A stretch of DNA of 64,000 bases from Alistipes sp. GTDB lineage: Bacteria > Bacillota > Clostridia > Oscillospirales > Ruminococcaceae. Each line of letters opens with the position of its first letter. Within the stretch, counting starts at the first letter, position 1. This document shows positions 1 through 8,946 of this stretch, one piece after another. Position numbers and translations under genes: made by a program. The stretch covers positions 101,334 to 165,333 of the forward strand of contig JAMPAJ010000002.1 in the NCBI GenBank assembly GCA_023667265.1, read 5' to 3'. The notes beneath the pieces were generated by a model that did not search any database, had not been told where the DNA came from, and was given only the letters and a program-made list of their open reading frames with translations.

Positions 1-695
1 GGCGCATTTGCACTCACAGCTTTCATAAAGTCCTCAGCCATATCCCTGGCTTCCTTGCCGTTCGGGTCGGCGGGAGGATCGTCGTATTTCCAGGAATAGC
101 TGTAATGTATATTGCCGCTTATTCCTGCAAATCCGTCGTCGGTCATTACTGCCACGCCGAATTTTATACTGTCGAACATAAAATCGGTATTATTCTGAAA
201 CAGTGAAGAATAGTCTGACAAAGCGACGATACCTGTTATTTTCAGCGGCTTTCCGGCAACGCTGAATGTGTCGCCGACGGACAGATCGTTATTTCTTGCA
301 TAAAGACGATCGAGAGCTATCTCATTTTCCGCTGCCGGCATTTCACCGCTTAAAAGGCACTCTTTGTTCACATCAGTTCTGTTCGCAAAAATTCTCAGTG
401 TACTCTCAAAATCGTCCGTATCTTCTTCAGTGTAATAATTTTCGTATAGCTTTACGCCCTCGTTTTCGATAGAATTGATCGTATCGGCGTCGGCTGCTTC
501 CGCAAGTTCAAAATTTCCGTCCTCAACGTTATACTTCTCAAAGCTGTCATCGTAGGATGTTTTCAGACTTTCGCCTGCAATGAGAAAGCCTGAGACAACG
601 CCTACAAGAGCCGCCATGAAGATAAATATTACCAGGTATTTTCCGGCTTCGTCCTTTATCGCCTTGAAGATTCTTTTATTAAGAGGATTTTTCAT
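1..695 (-). CDS. ABC transporter permease (FtsX/MacB-like), partial; runs off the left edge
   Basis: Hand translation from ATG at 695 (RBS AGGAGGAA upstream): MKNPLNKRIFKAIKDEAGKYLVIFIFMAALVGVVSGFLIAGESL..., with an N-terminal TM segment then a soluble domain. Lies directly downstream of the ABC ATPase. Confidence 0.85.
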   Translation of the reverse strand, partial: MKNPLNKRIFKAIKDEAGKYLVIFIFMAALVGVVSGFLIAGESLKTSYDDSFEKYNVEDGNFELAEAADADTINSIENEGVKLYENYYTEEDTDDFESTLRIFANRTDVNKECLLSGEMPAAENEIALDRLYARNNDLSVGDTFSVAGKPLKITGIVALSDYSSLFQNNTDFMFDSIKFGVAVMTDDGFAGISGNIHYSYSWKYDDPPADPNGKEARDMAEDFMKAVSANA

Positions 696-707
696 AGCTG
701 TTCCTCC

Positions 708-1406
708 TTACCAATCGAGCTCTGCCGCTGAGGTTTTTGTTTCATTAAGATAATTCTTTCTGATGACGCCGTCGCGGAGCTTGATAACTCTGTCCGCCAT
801 ATTTTTTATCGCGTCATTATGCGTTACCATAATGACGGTACTTCCGTACTTCTGATTCAGCTCCTCAATAAGCTTTAGTATCTCCTTGGAGGTATTGTAA
901 TCGAGAGCGCCTGTGGGCTCGTCGCAAAGCAAGATATCAGGATTTTTAACAATAGCGCGTCCGATCGCAGTCCTCTGCTGCTGTCCGCCGGAAAGCTGGT
1001 TCGGAAGCTTATGACGATGTTCATAGAGTCCCAGGACCTTCAAAAGCTCGTCCACATCCAGAGGATCCTTGCTGAGATACGCGCCTATCTCCACATTTTC
1101 CTTGATATTCAGATTTGGAATGAGATTGTACATCTGGAAAATATAGCCAAGATGCTCACGACGATAGGCTGTCAGCGACTTTTCGTTCATATCCTCGGTT
1201 TTTTCTCCGCCGATCTGGATATACCCACTGTCGGCGCTGTCAATTCCGCCGATTATATTAAGCAGCGTGGATTTTCCTGAGCCTGAAGGACCAAGAAGAA
1301 CGCATATCTCCCCTTTTTCGATTTCGGCATCAATGCCTTTCAGCACCTCTACGCGGCTTTCGCCCTCTCCAAAGTGTTTTTTGATGCCCTTGATCTCGAT
1401 AAACAT
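708..1406 (-). CDS. ABC transporter ATP-binding protein (LolD/MacB-type)
   Basis: Walker A GPSGSGKS, signature LSGGQQQR, Walker B LLCDEPT, H-loop VTHN; RBS GAGGAGG. Confidence 0.95.
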   Translation of the reverse strand: MFIEIKGIKKHFGEGESRVEVLKGIDAEIEKGEICVLLGPSGSGKSTLLNIIGGIDSADSGYIQIGGEKTEDMNEKSLTAYRREHLGYIFQMYNLIPNLNIKENVEIGAYLSKDPLDVDELLKVLGLYEHRHKLPNQLSGGQQQRTAIGRAIVKNPDILLCDEPTGALDYNTSKEILKLIEELNQKYGSTVIMVTHNDAIKNMADRVIKLRDGVIRKNYLNETKTSAAELDW

Positions 1407-1480
1407 AAATATTCCTCCTCAGTTAGAATAAGCTAACTTTTATCGCAAAACGTAAACAACCGTTTGCAGTTGCTAACATT

Positions 1481-1509
1481 ACTTTAACATATTTTTATCA
1501 ATTTGTCAA
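1481..1509 (-). promoter_or_regulatory. sigma-A-type promoter for the ABC operon
   Basis: Minus strand TTGACA-17 bp-TAAAGT. An inverted repeat AGTTAG-N6-CTAACT at 1421-1438 may be an operator. Confidence 0.6.
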
Positions 1510-1584
1510 GGCGTGCGGAATGGATTCATTATTCCGGGAAAAATCTCTTCTTTTTAGGTGAATATTCTTATTAATAATATATAA

Positions 1585-1632
1585 AGGCAATACCGTGCAA
1601 AGTCGTCAGATATGCTTTGTGCGGTGTTGCCT
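1585..1632. repeat. REP/MITE-like palindromic element, short copy
   Basis: AGGCAATACCGTGCAAAG ... CTTTGTGCGGTGTTGCCT imperfect inverted ends; same ends as 3987-4160. Confidence 0.7.
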
Positions 1633-1685
1633 AAAGGCAGACTAAAAATGCCGCACAGGAATGTACGGCATTCAGTCACCTTATT

Positions 1686-3962
1686 TTACTGCTTCACATA
1701 GCTGCTGTAAAGTCCGTTCTGCTTTAACAGCTGCTCATGTGTGCCTTCCTCTGCGACCTGTCCCTTATCCATAACATAGATATAGTCGCAGTTTCTGATC
1801 GTGTTTAATCTATGAGCAATAATGATGCAGGTCATTTTGTCCGAGAAGTTTTCGATCATCGCTTTTATGCTATTCTCCGTTATAGTATCAAGATTGCTCG
1901 TCGCCTCGTCCATAATAAGCACATCGGGGTTTCTCAGCAGAGCTCGCGCAATAGCGATCCTCTGCTTCTGACCGCCGGAGAGGTTATTGCCGTTCTCCTC
2001 AATGACAGTTTCATACTTCATGGGAAGCTCCTGTACAAAATCATCCACAAGGCAGAGCTTGCACACACGCTCTATCTCTTCATCTGGAATGTCGGTTCTG
2101 CCCAGCGTCAGATTGTTGTATATCGTATCGGAAAACAAAAATACATTCTGGGAAATATAAGCGATATGATCTCTTACGGAGTCGGATGAATATTGTGAGA
2201 CATCGCTTCCGTCAATGGAAATGATTCCGCTTTCAGGAGAATAGAACGATAAGAGCAGCTTTGCGAGAGTTGTTTTTCCGCATCCGCTTTCACCTACTAT
2301 AGCGGTCTTTTTTCCTTTCGGGATCTTCATATTCACATCCTTCAGCACGAGCTCTCTGTTTCCGTAGCGGAAATTCACATTCTTCAGTTCGATATTTCCG
2401 TAAAGACTGGAAGCAGCCGTTTTCCCGTCAGAGCCTTCAGTTTCGGCATCCAGAATATCATTAAGACGTTCAGCTGCAACAGCGGCTGTCTGGAGCTCGG
2501 GCTGGAGATTTATAAGATTCTGAACAGGGTCGAGGAAGAAACTGATAAGGTAATAGAAGGTTATCAGATCACCGATAGTTATAACGTTTTTTATGCAAAG
2601 ATATGTGCCCGACCAGATAAGCAAAACTATTCCGACAGACGCAACCATGTTTACAAGGGTCTCCTGGATGTTATAAATGATAGAGCCCTTGACGGATGTA
2701 TCGGCAAGCTCGTTATACAGTTCCGATGTTATTTTCTTTGCATTGCTTTCACACTGATAAGCCTTTACAGTTTCTATGCCGTCTATGGATTCTTTAAGAT
2801 ATGATGTGACCTGCGCATCCCTTTCCATCATCTCATGGTTGACATTTTTTATAGGCTTTCTGAATGCGAACATTATCACAGCGTATACTATCATAATGCA
2901 AAGGGTAATTATAAAAAGTGTGCTGTTTATAAAGCAGAGCAGAATACCGCAGGCTACTGCCATTATCGTATCGAACATCAACGTAAGGGTCGCTGTAGAT
3001 ATGGCGTTTCTGATTTTTTCGGTATCGGAGAATCTGGACATGAACTCGCCTGTTTTTCTTGTTCCGTAAAACTCGGCAGGAAGCTCGACAAGATGATCGT
3101 AATATCCAAGAGTTAAAGGAACATCGACTTTTTTCGCAGTGAGAGCAAGGAGATAGCCTCTTAAAACCTGGAGCAGACCTCTGAATATATAAAGCAGGAT
3201 AACTGAAATACACACGGTATTTATATTCTGGAAAACCACCTCAAGCTTGCCGCTTATGCTTGTCAGCATTTTCGTCATAGTTCCGGTTTCTTCCTCGGCA
3301 GCTTCGCCTGTATGGTCGTGATCCTCCTCGCAGTTTTCGTCATCACATTCTGTCTCATCGGTCGTTGACGAGACAGCGGCTCCCATGGCATAATCGAATA
3401 CTACTGAGCCTGCAATATTTATCATGGATACCAATACTGACATGACAAAGACGAAAACGAGCATTTTTTTCTGCATTGTAATATATCTGAAAAACTTCCG
3501 GAATGAGCCCTTCCGCTGATCTCCCTTGCTGAAATCCTTTCCGGGAGCAAGGGTTATGATATTTCCGAGCCATTGCTTTTCAAACTGCTCGGCGGACATC
3601 CTGGTTATCCCTGTTTTAGCCGGGTCGCCGATTTTCAATGTCCCGTTTTCTATCGAGTATACGACAATATAGTGCTCGAACATTTCGTCGTTTATAATTC
3701 TTGCGATAAAGGGAAAGCAGATCTCGCCCTCCGATATGCCGTCGGTAAGCTCTGCGTAAGAACCTTCAAGAGCGTCCGCCTGAAGCCCTATTTTCTCCGC
3801 GCCTGTTACAATACCGTAGATATTCGCGCCATGATTGTCTACTTTTATTAATTCCCGGCATTTCGCAATAGGCAGCTTCAAGCCGAAAAATTCGCTTATC
3901 ATAGAAAGGCAGGCAGCTCCGCAGTCCTTTTCGTCATGCTGTTGTATATGTGGATATTTCAT
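1686..3962 (-). CDS. Peptidase C39-containing ABC transporter (PCAT, double-glycine peptide exporter)
   Basis: Start reassigned to MKYPHIQQHDEKDCGAACL (RBS AGGAG). C39 catalytic motifs DCGAAC and EHYIVV, TM domain, NBD with GESGCGKT, LSGGQ and DEATS. Confidence 0.95.
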   Translation of the reverse strand: MKYPHIQQHDEKDCGAACLSMISEFFGLKLPIAKCRELIKVDNHGANIYGIVTGAEKIGLQADALEGSYAELTDGISEGEICFPFIARIINDEMFEHYIVVYSIENGTLKIGDPAKTGITRMSAEQFEKQWLGNIITLAPGKDFSKGDQRKGSFRKFFRYITMQKKMLVFVFVMSVLVSMINIAGSVVFDYAMGAAVSSTTDETECDDENCEEDHDHTGEAAEEETGTMTKMLTSISGKLEVVFQNINTVCISVILLYIFRGLLQVLRGYLLALTAKKVDVPLTLGYYDHLVELPAEFYGTRKTGEFMSRFSDTEKIRNAISTATLTLMFDTIMAVACGILLCFINSTLFIITLCIMIVYAVIMFAFRKPIKNVNHEMMERDAQVTSYLKESIDGIETVKAYQCESNAKKITSELYNELADTSVKGSIIYNIQETLVNMVASVGIVLLIWSGTYLCIKNVITIGDLITFYYLISFFLDPVQNLINLQPELQTAAVAAERLNDILDAETEGSDGKTAASSLYGNIELKNVNFRYGNRELVLKDVNMKIPKGKKTAIVGESGCGKTTLAKLLLSFYSPESGIISIDGSDVSQYSSDSVRDHIAYISQNVFLFSDTIYNNLTLGRTDIPDEEIERVCKLCLVDDFVQELPMKYETVIEENGNNLSGGQKQRIAIARALLRNPDVLIMDEATSNLDTITENSIKAMIENFSDKMTCIIIAHRLNTIRNCDYIYVMDKGQVAEEGTHEQLLKQNGLYSSYVKQ

Positions 3963-3986
3963 TTTTTTACTCCTGATAAAAATTGT

Positions 3987-4160
3987 AGGCAATACCGCAC
4001 GAAGATTGTGCGGCAGATGCGCAGTCAGATTTTTCGTCAGATTGTACAGAAATGACGCAGGCATACTGACGTATGTCAAGGAATTTCTGTGCAAAATGGC
4101 GGAAAATATGCAAGCAGATGACGTGCAAAATCGTCAAATGTGCTTCGTGCGGTGTTGCCT
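3987..4160. repeat. 174-bp MITE/REP-like element with 18-bp terminal inverted repeats
   Basis: AGGCAATACCGCACGAAG (3987-4004) and CTTCGTGCGGTGTTGCCT (4143-4160), 1 mismatch. Confidence 0.7.
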
Positions 4161-4171
4161 GTAGTATAAAT

Positions 4172-4208
4172 GAAAAACCATATCCCCGGAAAAGAGATAT
4201 GGTTTTTC
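4172..4208 (-). terminator. Hairpin/terminator downstream of the small peptide gene
   Basis: 13-bp perfect stem GAAAAACCATATC / GATATGGTTTTTC. Confidence 0.7.
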
Positions 4209-4215
4209 CGCTTGA

Positions 4216-4386
4216 TCAGCAAATATAAGCGTTGTGACCAGGATATAACATATTGTGAGCCTTAACCTGAGCCTTCAAAATAGCCTTGTTGCACCAAGCA
4301 ACAGTTCTGTGCCAACCGCACTTCCTGCAGTATGCACCCCAGCCGCCGTTAGCCTTAACCTGTGCAGCCTTTGTCATCTTCTTCAT
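4216..4386 (-). CDS. 56-aa double-glycine-leader peptide (bacteriocin-like PCAT substrate), absent from the ORF track
   Basis: MKKMTKAAQVKANGG|WGAYCRKCGWHRTVAWCNKAILKAQVKAHNMLYPGHNAYIC*. RBS GAAAGGGGA; followed by a hairpin and then the PCAT gene. Confidence 0.8.
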   Translation of the reverse strand: MKKMTKAAQVKANGGWGAYCRKCGWHRTVAWCNKAILKAQVKAHNMLYPGHNAYIC

Positions 4387-4541
4387 TGCAATGATCCCCT
4401 TTCATTAAGATTCTGGAATATTAATTCCATACCCCTATTATACAAAAAAATAATCAATTCGTATTTTATACAAAGTTTTTGTTGAAAATTTGTATATATT
4501 TACCCAAAAGAGTCCCGTTTAACGCTATCAGTGAGAAAAAA

Positions 4542-4594
4542 TCAGGGCGTCTCCGTACAAAGTCATCAGACGTGCTTTGTGCGGCGATGCCCTG
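4542..4594. repeat. Degenerate third copy of the REP-like palindrome
   Basis: TCAGGGCGTCTCCGTACAAAG ... CTTTGTGCGGCGATGCCTGA; internal sequence resembles the 1585 copy. Confidence 0.55.
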
Positions 4595-4606
4595 AGGTTT
4601 ATAAAA

Positions 4607-6865
4607 TTATGCTGTTTCTGACGGAAGAGATTTCAGATTGCCTGCGTCATAGCTCTGGATCGCGAGAGCGTCGAGAGCCGTTATGCCGTCGCCGGGATCG
4701 CAGCAGTCCGCATTCCTTTTCTCCTGTGCGCTGAGCTGGTACTTATCTCCGTTGCCGATGTGCTGGAGCACCAGCGTTGCGTCTGAAATATCGACCTCGC
4801 CGTCGCAGTTCGCATCGCCGTAAAGGGTCTTGCTCTCCATTTCCGCGAGTATCTCCAGGTTCTGGTCATAGCTCTTGCTTTCAGCTTCGAGGGCGGGAGC
4901 TCCTTCAAGGCTCGCCTGGTAGCGGCTGTATACCTCGTCAAAATCCGATGTGTCCGTATGCTTGATGACGTACATCTGAACCGCAAGAATGTCGTAGATA
5001 TCCTTTGTCGTGCCGTTTCCGTTGATATCGAAGCCTTCCTCGATGTTATTCCATATTTCAGCCGGAAGCGCGCTGTCAGCGGCGGTTTTTCCGTTGATCA
5101 GCTCCTTCATGTATGTGTTGATCGTGAAGTAGTCGTAGAGGTCGACAGCTCCGTCCATATTGACATCGGGAGCGGCGGTAAGACCAGCATCGACGTTGTC
5201 GCAGTAGGTGAGGAAAAGCTCGTTAAGGTCGTCTATGTTGTATTTCAGCCATGCGTCGTCGTCGACCCTGAGCCCGAGCCGTGCAGCCGCCTGCTCGACC
5301 AGATAATTTATTATTCCGCTGTCAGGACGATAGTAGCTGCTGCCATAGGTCTTGATATAGTATTCCTCAGTGAAGTACTCCGGTCTCATTTCGATATGCT
5401 CAACGATATAGTGCGTCAGGTAGTAGCGGAACGTATGTACATCCCTTGACTGTGTATCTGTGAAGCGATAGCAGTCCTGCAGACCGTTGTCCTCTGTGCG
5501 CTCGACGCAATACTCTGTTATTATGCCGGGACAATGGGACATTGCCGTATCGCAGCGCTTCCATTCCTCGTTGGAAATATATCCCTTGTTTTTATCCTGT
5601 GTCCCAAGATATTCAAAGACATAGAAGACATAGAGATCGCCGATGTCAAGCTGACCGTTTCCGTTAAAGTCCAGGTCGATAGACATATCGAGTTCGTATG
5701 CGGTATTCCATTCGCCTGTCGTGTCCTCGTACATCTCGGCGAATATGTCATAGCCTGCCCGGAGGTAGTACAAGTGATCCTCCAATTCCTTGATGTAGTT
5801 GTACAGAACATTATAGTCCGTGCTGAAATCATCCATGGGGAAATCGGGGTCATAGAAGGTAGGATTAAGCTGCGCGCGTTTCACTCCGCCGTTTATTATC
5901 AGATATCTTTCGAGATGCTCTGAATCCTGGAAGTTGACCACTCCGTCGCCGTTGTAGTCTGCGATAGCCTCGATTCGCTCCCGGTCTGCGTCGTCAAGGT
6001 CTATCTTACCTAATTTCTTGTACTTCTCCGCAAAATAGTTTCTCGCGTTTTCCGCATATTTTTCGGCTAATTCCGGTCTGTCGGAATAGCTCGCATAGAT
6101 ATGCTCTATGGTCTCTTCAACGGCTTCGATCTGGCAGTATCTCTTTTCAAAGGTATAGCAGAAAAGCTTAAAGCCGTCCAGAACGTCGAAAGCTCCGTCG
6201 CCGTTTATATCGAGGTCGAGCTCGCCGCTTTCCATTTTAGCGAATATCGCCTTTTCTCCTGCCCAATATCTCGATTCGTCGATCTTGTATTCTGCGCTGC
6301 CTATTATCGGCGATGCCGAGGCTGCTATCAGTAATGCGGATGTACCTAATGCTGCGATTTTTTTCATATAGATTCTCCCTTCGGTTTCCGTCTGCGCTGT
6401 GCAGACTGTCGTACTTGGCGGAATTTCGTTTGTGTGGAGCTTTGTTTCAAGGGCTGTCTGTGTCTGCCTGGCTTCCGTGTCAGCCGATATGCCCTGGCTG
6501 TGGGGCTGCGTCTGTACCGCCGGGGCAGCCTCCGCGGTCGCTGTGCCGGGAGCAGGAGCGGTCTGTGCAGTCTCCTGCAATGACGTATCGTGATAAGGGC
6601 TCGTTCCAGGTGCAGCAGTCGTGGTCTGAGGGCTCGTTTCAGTCTCGGCAGCCGTGACAGGAATATTCATATCCGGATAATTATTATTAAGTATAACGTC
6701 AATATCCGACGTGCCCCGGACTCCGAGGCATATGAGAAGGACTGCGCAGAGCTGCGCTGCAAGGCATGAGACCCTTTTTATCCCGGAAGCCCTTCTCTGC
6801 TTCCGTTCAAGCAGCTCGTCGCCCCTTTTAAATACTCTTTCTGCAATATCCTCATAACTCTTCAT
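4607..6865 (-). CDS. Anti-sigma-like membrane protein with Pro/Thr linker, several Ca-binding dockerin-like loops and a C-terminal dockerin; possible internal start at 6367
   Basis: MKSYEDIAERVFKRGDELLERKQRR plus a TM segment, P/T-rich linker, second signal peptide MKKIAALGTSALLIAASA with RBS GAAGGGAG, five DxNGDG-type loops, C-terminal YGDANCDGEVDISDATLVLQHI...ADCCDPGDGITALDALAIQ. The longer track start (6967) lies inside the ICE end. Confidence 0.75.
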   Translation of the reverse strand: MKSYEDIAERVFKRGDELLERKQRRASGIKRVSCLAAQLCAVLLICLGVRGTSDIDVILNNNYPDMNIPVTAAETETSPQTTTAAPGTSPYHDTSLQETAQTAPAPGTATAEAAPAVQTQPHSQGISADTEARQTQTALETKLHTNEIPPSTTVCTAQTETEGRIYMKKIAALGTSALLIAASASPIIGSAEYKIDESRYWAGEKAIFAKMESGELDLDINGDGAFDVLDGFKLFCYTFEKRYCQIEAVEETIEHIYASYSDRPELAEKYAENARNYFAEKYKKLGKIDLDDADRERIEAIADYNGDGVVNFQDSEHLERYLIINGGVKRAQLNPTFYDPDFPMDDFSTDYNVLYNYIKELEDHLYYLRAGYDIFAEMYEDTTGEWNTAYELDMSIDLDFNGNGQLDIGDLYVFYVFEYLGTQDKNKGYISNEEWKRCDTAMSHCPGIITEYCVERTEDNGLQDCYRFTDTQSRDVHTFRYYLTHYIVEHIEMRPEYFTEEYYIKTYGSSYYRPDSGIINYLVEQAAARLGLRVDDDAWLKYNIDDLNELFLTYCDNVDAGLTAAPDVNMDGAVDLYDYFTINTYMKELINGKTAADSALPAEIWNNIEEGFDINGNGTTKDIYDILAVQMYVIKHTDTSDFDEVYSRYQASLEGAPALEAESKSYDQNLEILAEMESKTLYGDANCDGEVDISDATLVLQHIGNGDKYQLSAQEKRNADCCDPGDGITALDALAIQSYDAGNLKSLPSETA

Positions 6866-6877
6866 ATATAAACCTCT

Positions 6878-6902
6878 CTTGATATAAGTTCTCATAGCGA
6901 AC
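6878..6902. other. Left attachment junction of the ICE
   Basis: CTTG[AT]ATAAGTTCTCATAGCGAAC; TATAAGTTCTCATAGCGAAC is the inverted counterpart (18/20) of GTTCGCTATGAACACTTATA at the right end. Confidence 0.8.
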
Positions 6903-7059
6903 GAAAAGAACGAACAAAAACCAAAACTTTCAGACAATAGAATATTGTACAAAACAAACAAACTCACGGAATAAAATCGGTGAGTTGTTTGTATTTTCAG
7001 GGACTTTCAAAATGAAGTCCCTTTTCTTATGTCTGAAAAACGAAAACGGAGGTAGAAAA

Positions 7060-7557
7060 ATGGAAAAGAACTTTGTAACCGAACAGAACATCATCGAAAT
7101 TCTTGACAGCTTATATGACAATGAAGAAGCGATATACATACCGCAGACAGTAGCCGCACTGCCAAACATATGTAATGATACAAAATATATTTTTGGAGTG
7201 GCATTTTGTGAATGTCTGAGGAAGATTTCAATGGAAAAACATTTCATACAGCAAGCGGTTGATATGATAAAAAACTATTTGGGAAATATTGAAGCACAAA
7301 CAGTTATGAACTATGTTGAGTGCAGTCTCCAAAGGGCAGTTGAAATAAAAGAGGAGCTTTTAGCTGCTGCTGACGATGAGATACTTCGGAAGTGTTTTAA
7401 TGAAGGCTTTATAAGTTTGATTGAAACAACATCGTTAGAGGACATATACCTTACCAACATTATGTCAAAAGTAGAAGCCTTGCCGTTATGGAAACGCCGT
7501 ATGGTAAAATCAGACATTATAAATATGATTGAGGAAAATTACTCAATCAGCGAATGA
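7060..7557 (+). CDS. Hypothetical protein (first ICE gene)
   Basis: RBS GGAGG before MEKNFVTEQ; helical and acidic; no motif recognised. Confidence 0.65.
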   Translation: MEKNFVTEQNIIEILDSLYDNEEAIYIPQTVAALPNICNDTKYIFGVAFCECLRKISMEKHFIQQAVDMIKNYLGNIEAQTVMNYVECSLQRAVEIKEELLAAADDEILRKCFNEGFISLIETTSLEDIYLTNIMSKVEALPLWKRRMVKSDIINMIEENYSISE

Positions 7558-7847
7558 AAGGAGATATAAGAATGATTGAAAGCAAATCCGGAACAGGTCT
7601 AATTGCACCTGTTGACAACTCGCTTTCTCTCGGAGCAAGAGGGGTACTTGGAGTAATGCTGAATGACCCTTGCTGTGATTATCAGCGGAAAGAAAATATA
7701 TACAGCATATTCTGCTCTGACAGCCGTTCAGCAGTTGACAAAGCACTGTCAGAGCTGTGTGAGAACGGATATATAATTAAGCTGCCGTCAGACGTGTTTG
7801 CAGTCAATAAGACCAAAATACACGATATGCTTATAATTGGGAGGTAA
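7554..7847 (+). CDS. Small winged-helix protein similar to the N-terminus of the next gene
   Basis: DNSLSLGARGVLGVML...ALSELCENGYI parallels DPKLGINGRGILLTML...ALHALEDLGYL. Confidence 0.6.
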   Translation: MKGDIRMIESKSGTGLIAPVDNSLSLGARGVLGVMLNDPCCDYQRKENIYSIFCSDSRSAVDKALSELCENGYIIKLPSDVFAVNKTKIHDMLIIGR

Positions 7848-7850
7848 ATA

Positions 7851-8945
7851 ATGCCAATTTTACAAAAGAAAGTAAACGATGACTTTACAATCGTTCACAA
7901 TGCCTTTATTCGCGACCCTAAACTCGGCATAAACGGGAGAGGAATTCTTCTGACAATGCTGTCGATGAAAGACGGTTGGAATTTCAGTGTAAAAGGCTTA
8001 GCTGCAATTTTGCCCGACGGAGAAAAAAGAGTGTCTACCGCTCTCCACGCTCTTGAAGATTTAGGCTATCTCAAGAGAACTCGAATTACCGACAAGCAGG
8101 GGAAAGTAGTTGAGTGGGAGTATACATTCAGCGACGAGCCAATCTTTTTGGAAAATTCTGACGGAACTTCAAAGAAGCCAAAATCTGACAAAAAAGCAAA
8201 AGAAAAACCACAATTCCGTTTTGGAGATGTGGATAATGCAAATGTGGAAAAGGCAGATGTGAAAAAACGGCATGATAATAAAATACTAAATAATCAAATA
8301 CTATCTAATCAAATACCATTTAATCAATCAGTCAGTCAAGACGAAAAAATTCCGGCAGAGAAAACCGAGACTGGCGGACAGACAGACGGACAAAGCAGGT
8401 CAATGTCTTTTGCGGAGGTTCTTGAAGAAATCGGCTTTGATACGGACAGCATAGATTTTGTTCCTGAAAGCGAAAAAGAGCTGAATGAGCTTGACGAGGA
8501 GGACAGAAGAATAAGCAGATGTACAATTCCCTATTCGCTTAAAGCAGATAAAAAGGCTATGAAAGAAGCCTTGAAATTCTTGTTTGCTTACAGCTGCTAT
8601 GCGCCGACTATGGAAAGCAGCGGCAGACGGCTGCTCGATACCGTCATTTCAGCCCTGGCTGAAATGACAAAAAAGGATATACAGGAATATCAAGGGCAAA
8701 GAGTACGCTACAGTGACGTTATAGACCGTCTTAACGACGTTATACACAGTACGGACGGTTCACTGTTCGACTGGTTCAACAGCTTTGTACAGCAGTGGAA
8801 TAAAATTCTTGCGGAGAATGATATAAAGCACCAAAAAGCGTATATGAAAAGCTGTATATGGAACTGGCTGAACGATTATGCCTTTGAGGAAGATAACGAT
8901 TTGAGAAAACTTGACTACAATTTAAAGAGAAACGGAGTGATTTAG
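7851..8945 (+). CDS. Replication-initiator-like wHTH protein (phage replisome-organiser-type N-terminus, DUF6017-like C-terminus)
   Basis: NDDFTIVHNAFIRDPKLG..KDGWNFSVKGLAAIL..LEDLGYLKRTRI; C-terminal IKHQKAYMKSCIWN. Confidence 0.7.
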   Translation: MPILQKKVNDDFTIVHNAFIRDPKLGINGRGILLTMLSMKDGWNFSVKGLAAILPDGEKRVSTALHALEDLGYLKRTRITDKQGKVVEWEYTFSDEPIFLENSDGTSKKPKSDKKAKEKPQFRFGDVDNANVEKADVKKRHDNKILNNQILSNQIPFNQSVSQDEKIPAEKTETGGQTDGQSRSMSFAEVLEEIGFDTDSIDFVPESEKELNELDEEDRRISRCTIPYSLKADKKAMKEALKFLFAYSCYAPTMESSGRRLLDTVISALAEMTKKDIQEYQGQRVRYSDVIDRLNDVIHSTDGSLFDWFNSFVQQWNKILAENDIKHQKAYMKSCIWNWLNDYAFEEDNDLRKLDYNLKRNGVI

Positions 8946-8946
8946 T

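Noticed and set aside
1-1406. ABC transporter as immunity system for the GG peptide
   Set aside because: It has its own promoter and possible operator, and nothing in the sequence links it to the peptide beyond proximity.
4255-4485. 76-aa plus-strand ORF in the track
   Set aside because: Antisense shadow of the 56-aa GG-leader peptide, which has the RBS, leader motif and genomic context.
6866-6967. Extended start of the 786-aa ORF
   Set aside because: The extra 34 codons come from the ICE end and att site with no RBS; the ATG at 6865 fits coupling to the original sigma stop.
6944-6972. Outward-facing ICE promoter for the orphaned dockerin gene
   Set aside because: A TACAAT -10 exists on the minus strand, but there is no acceptable -35 or extended -10.
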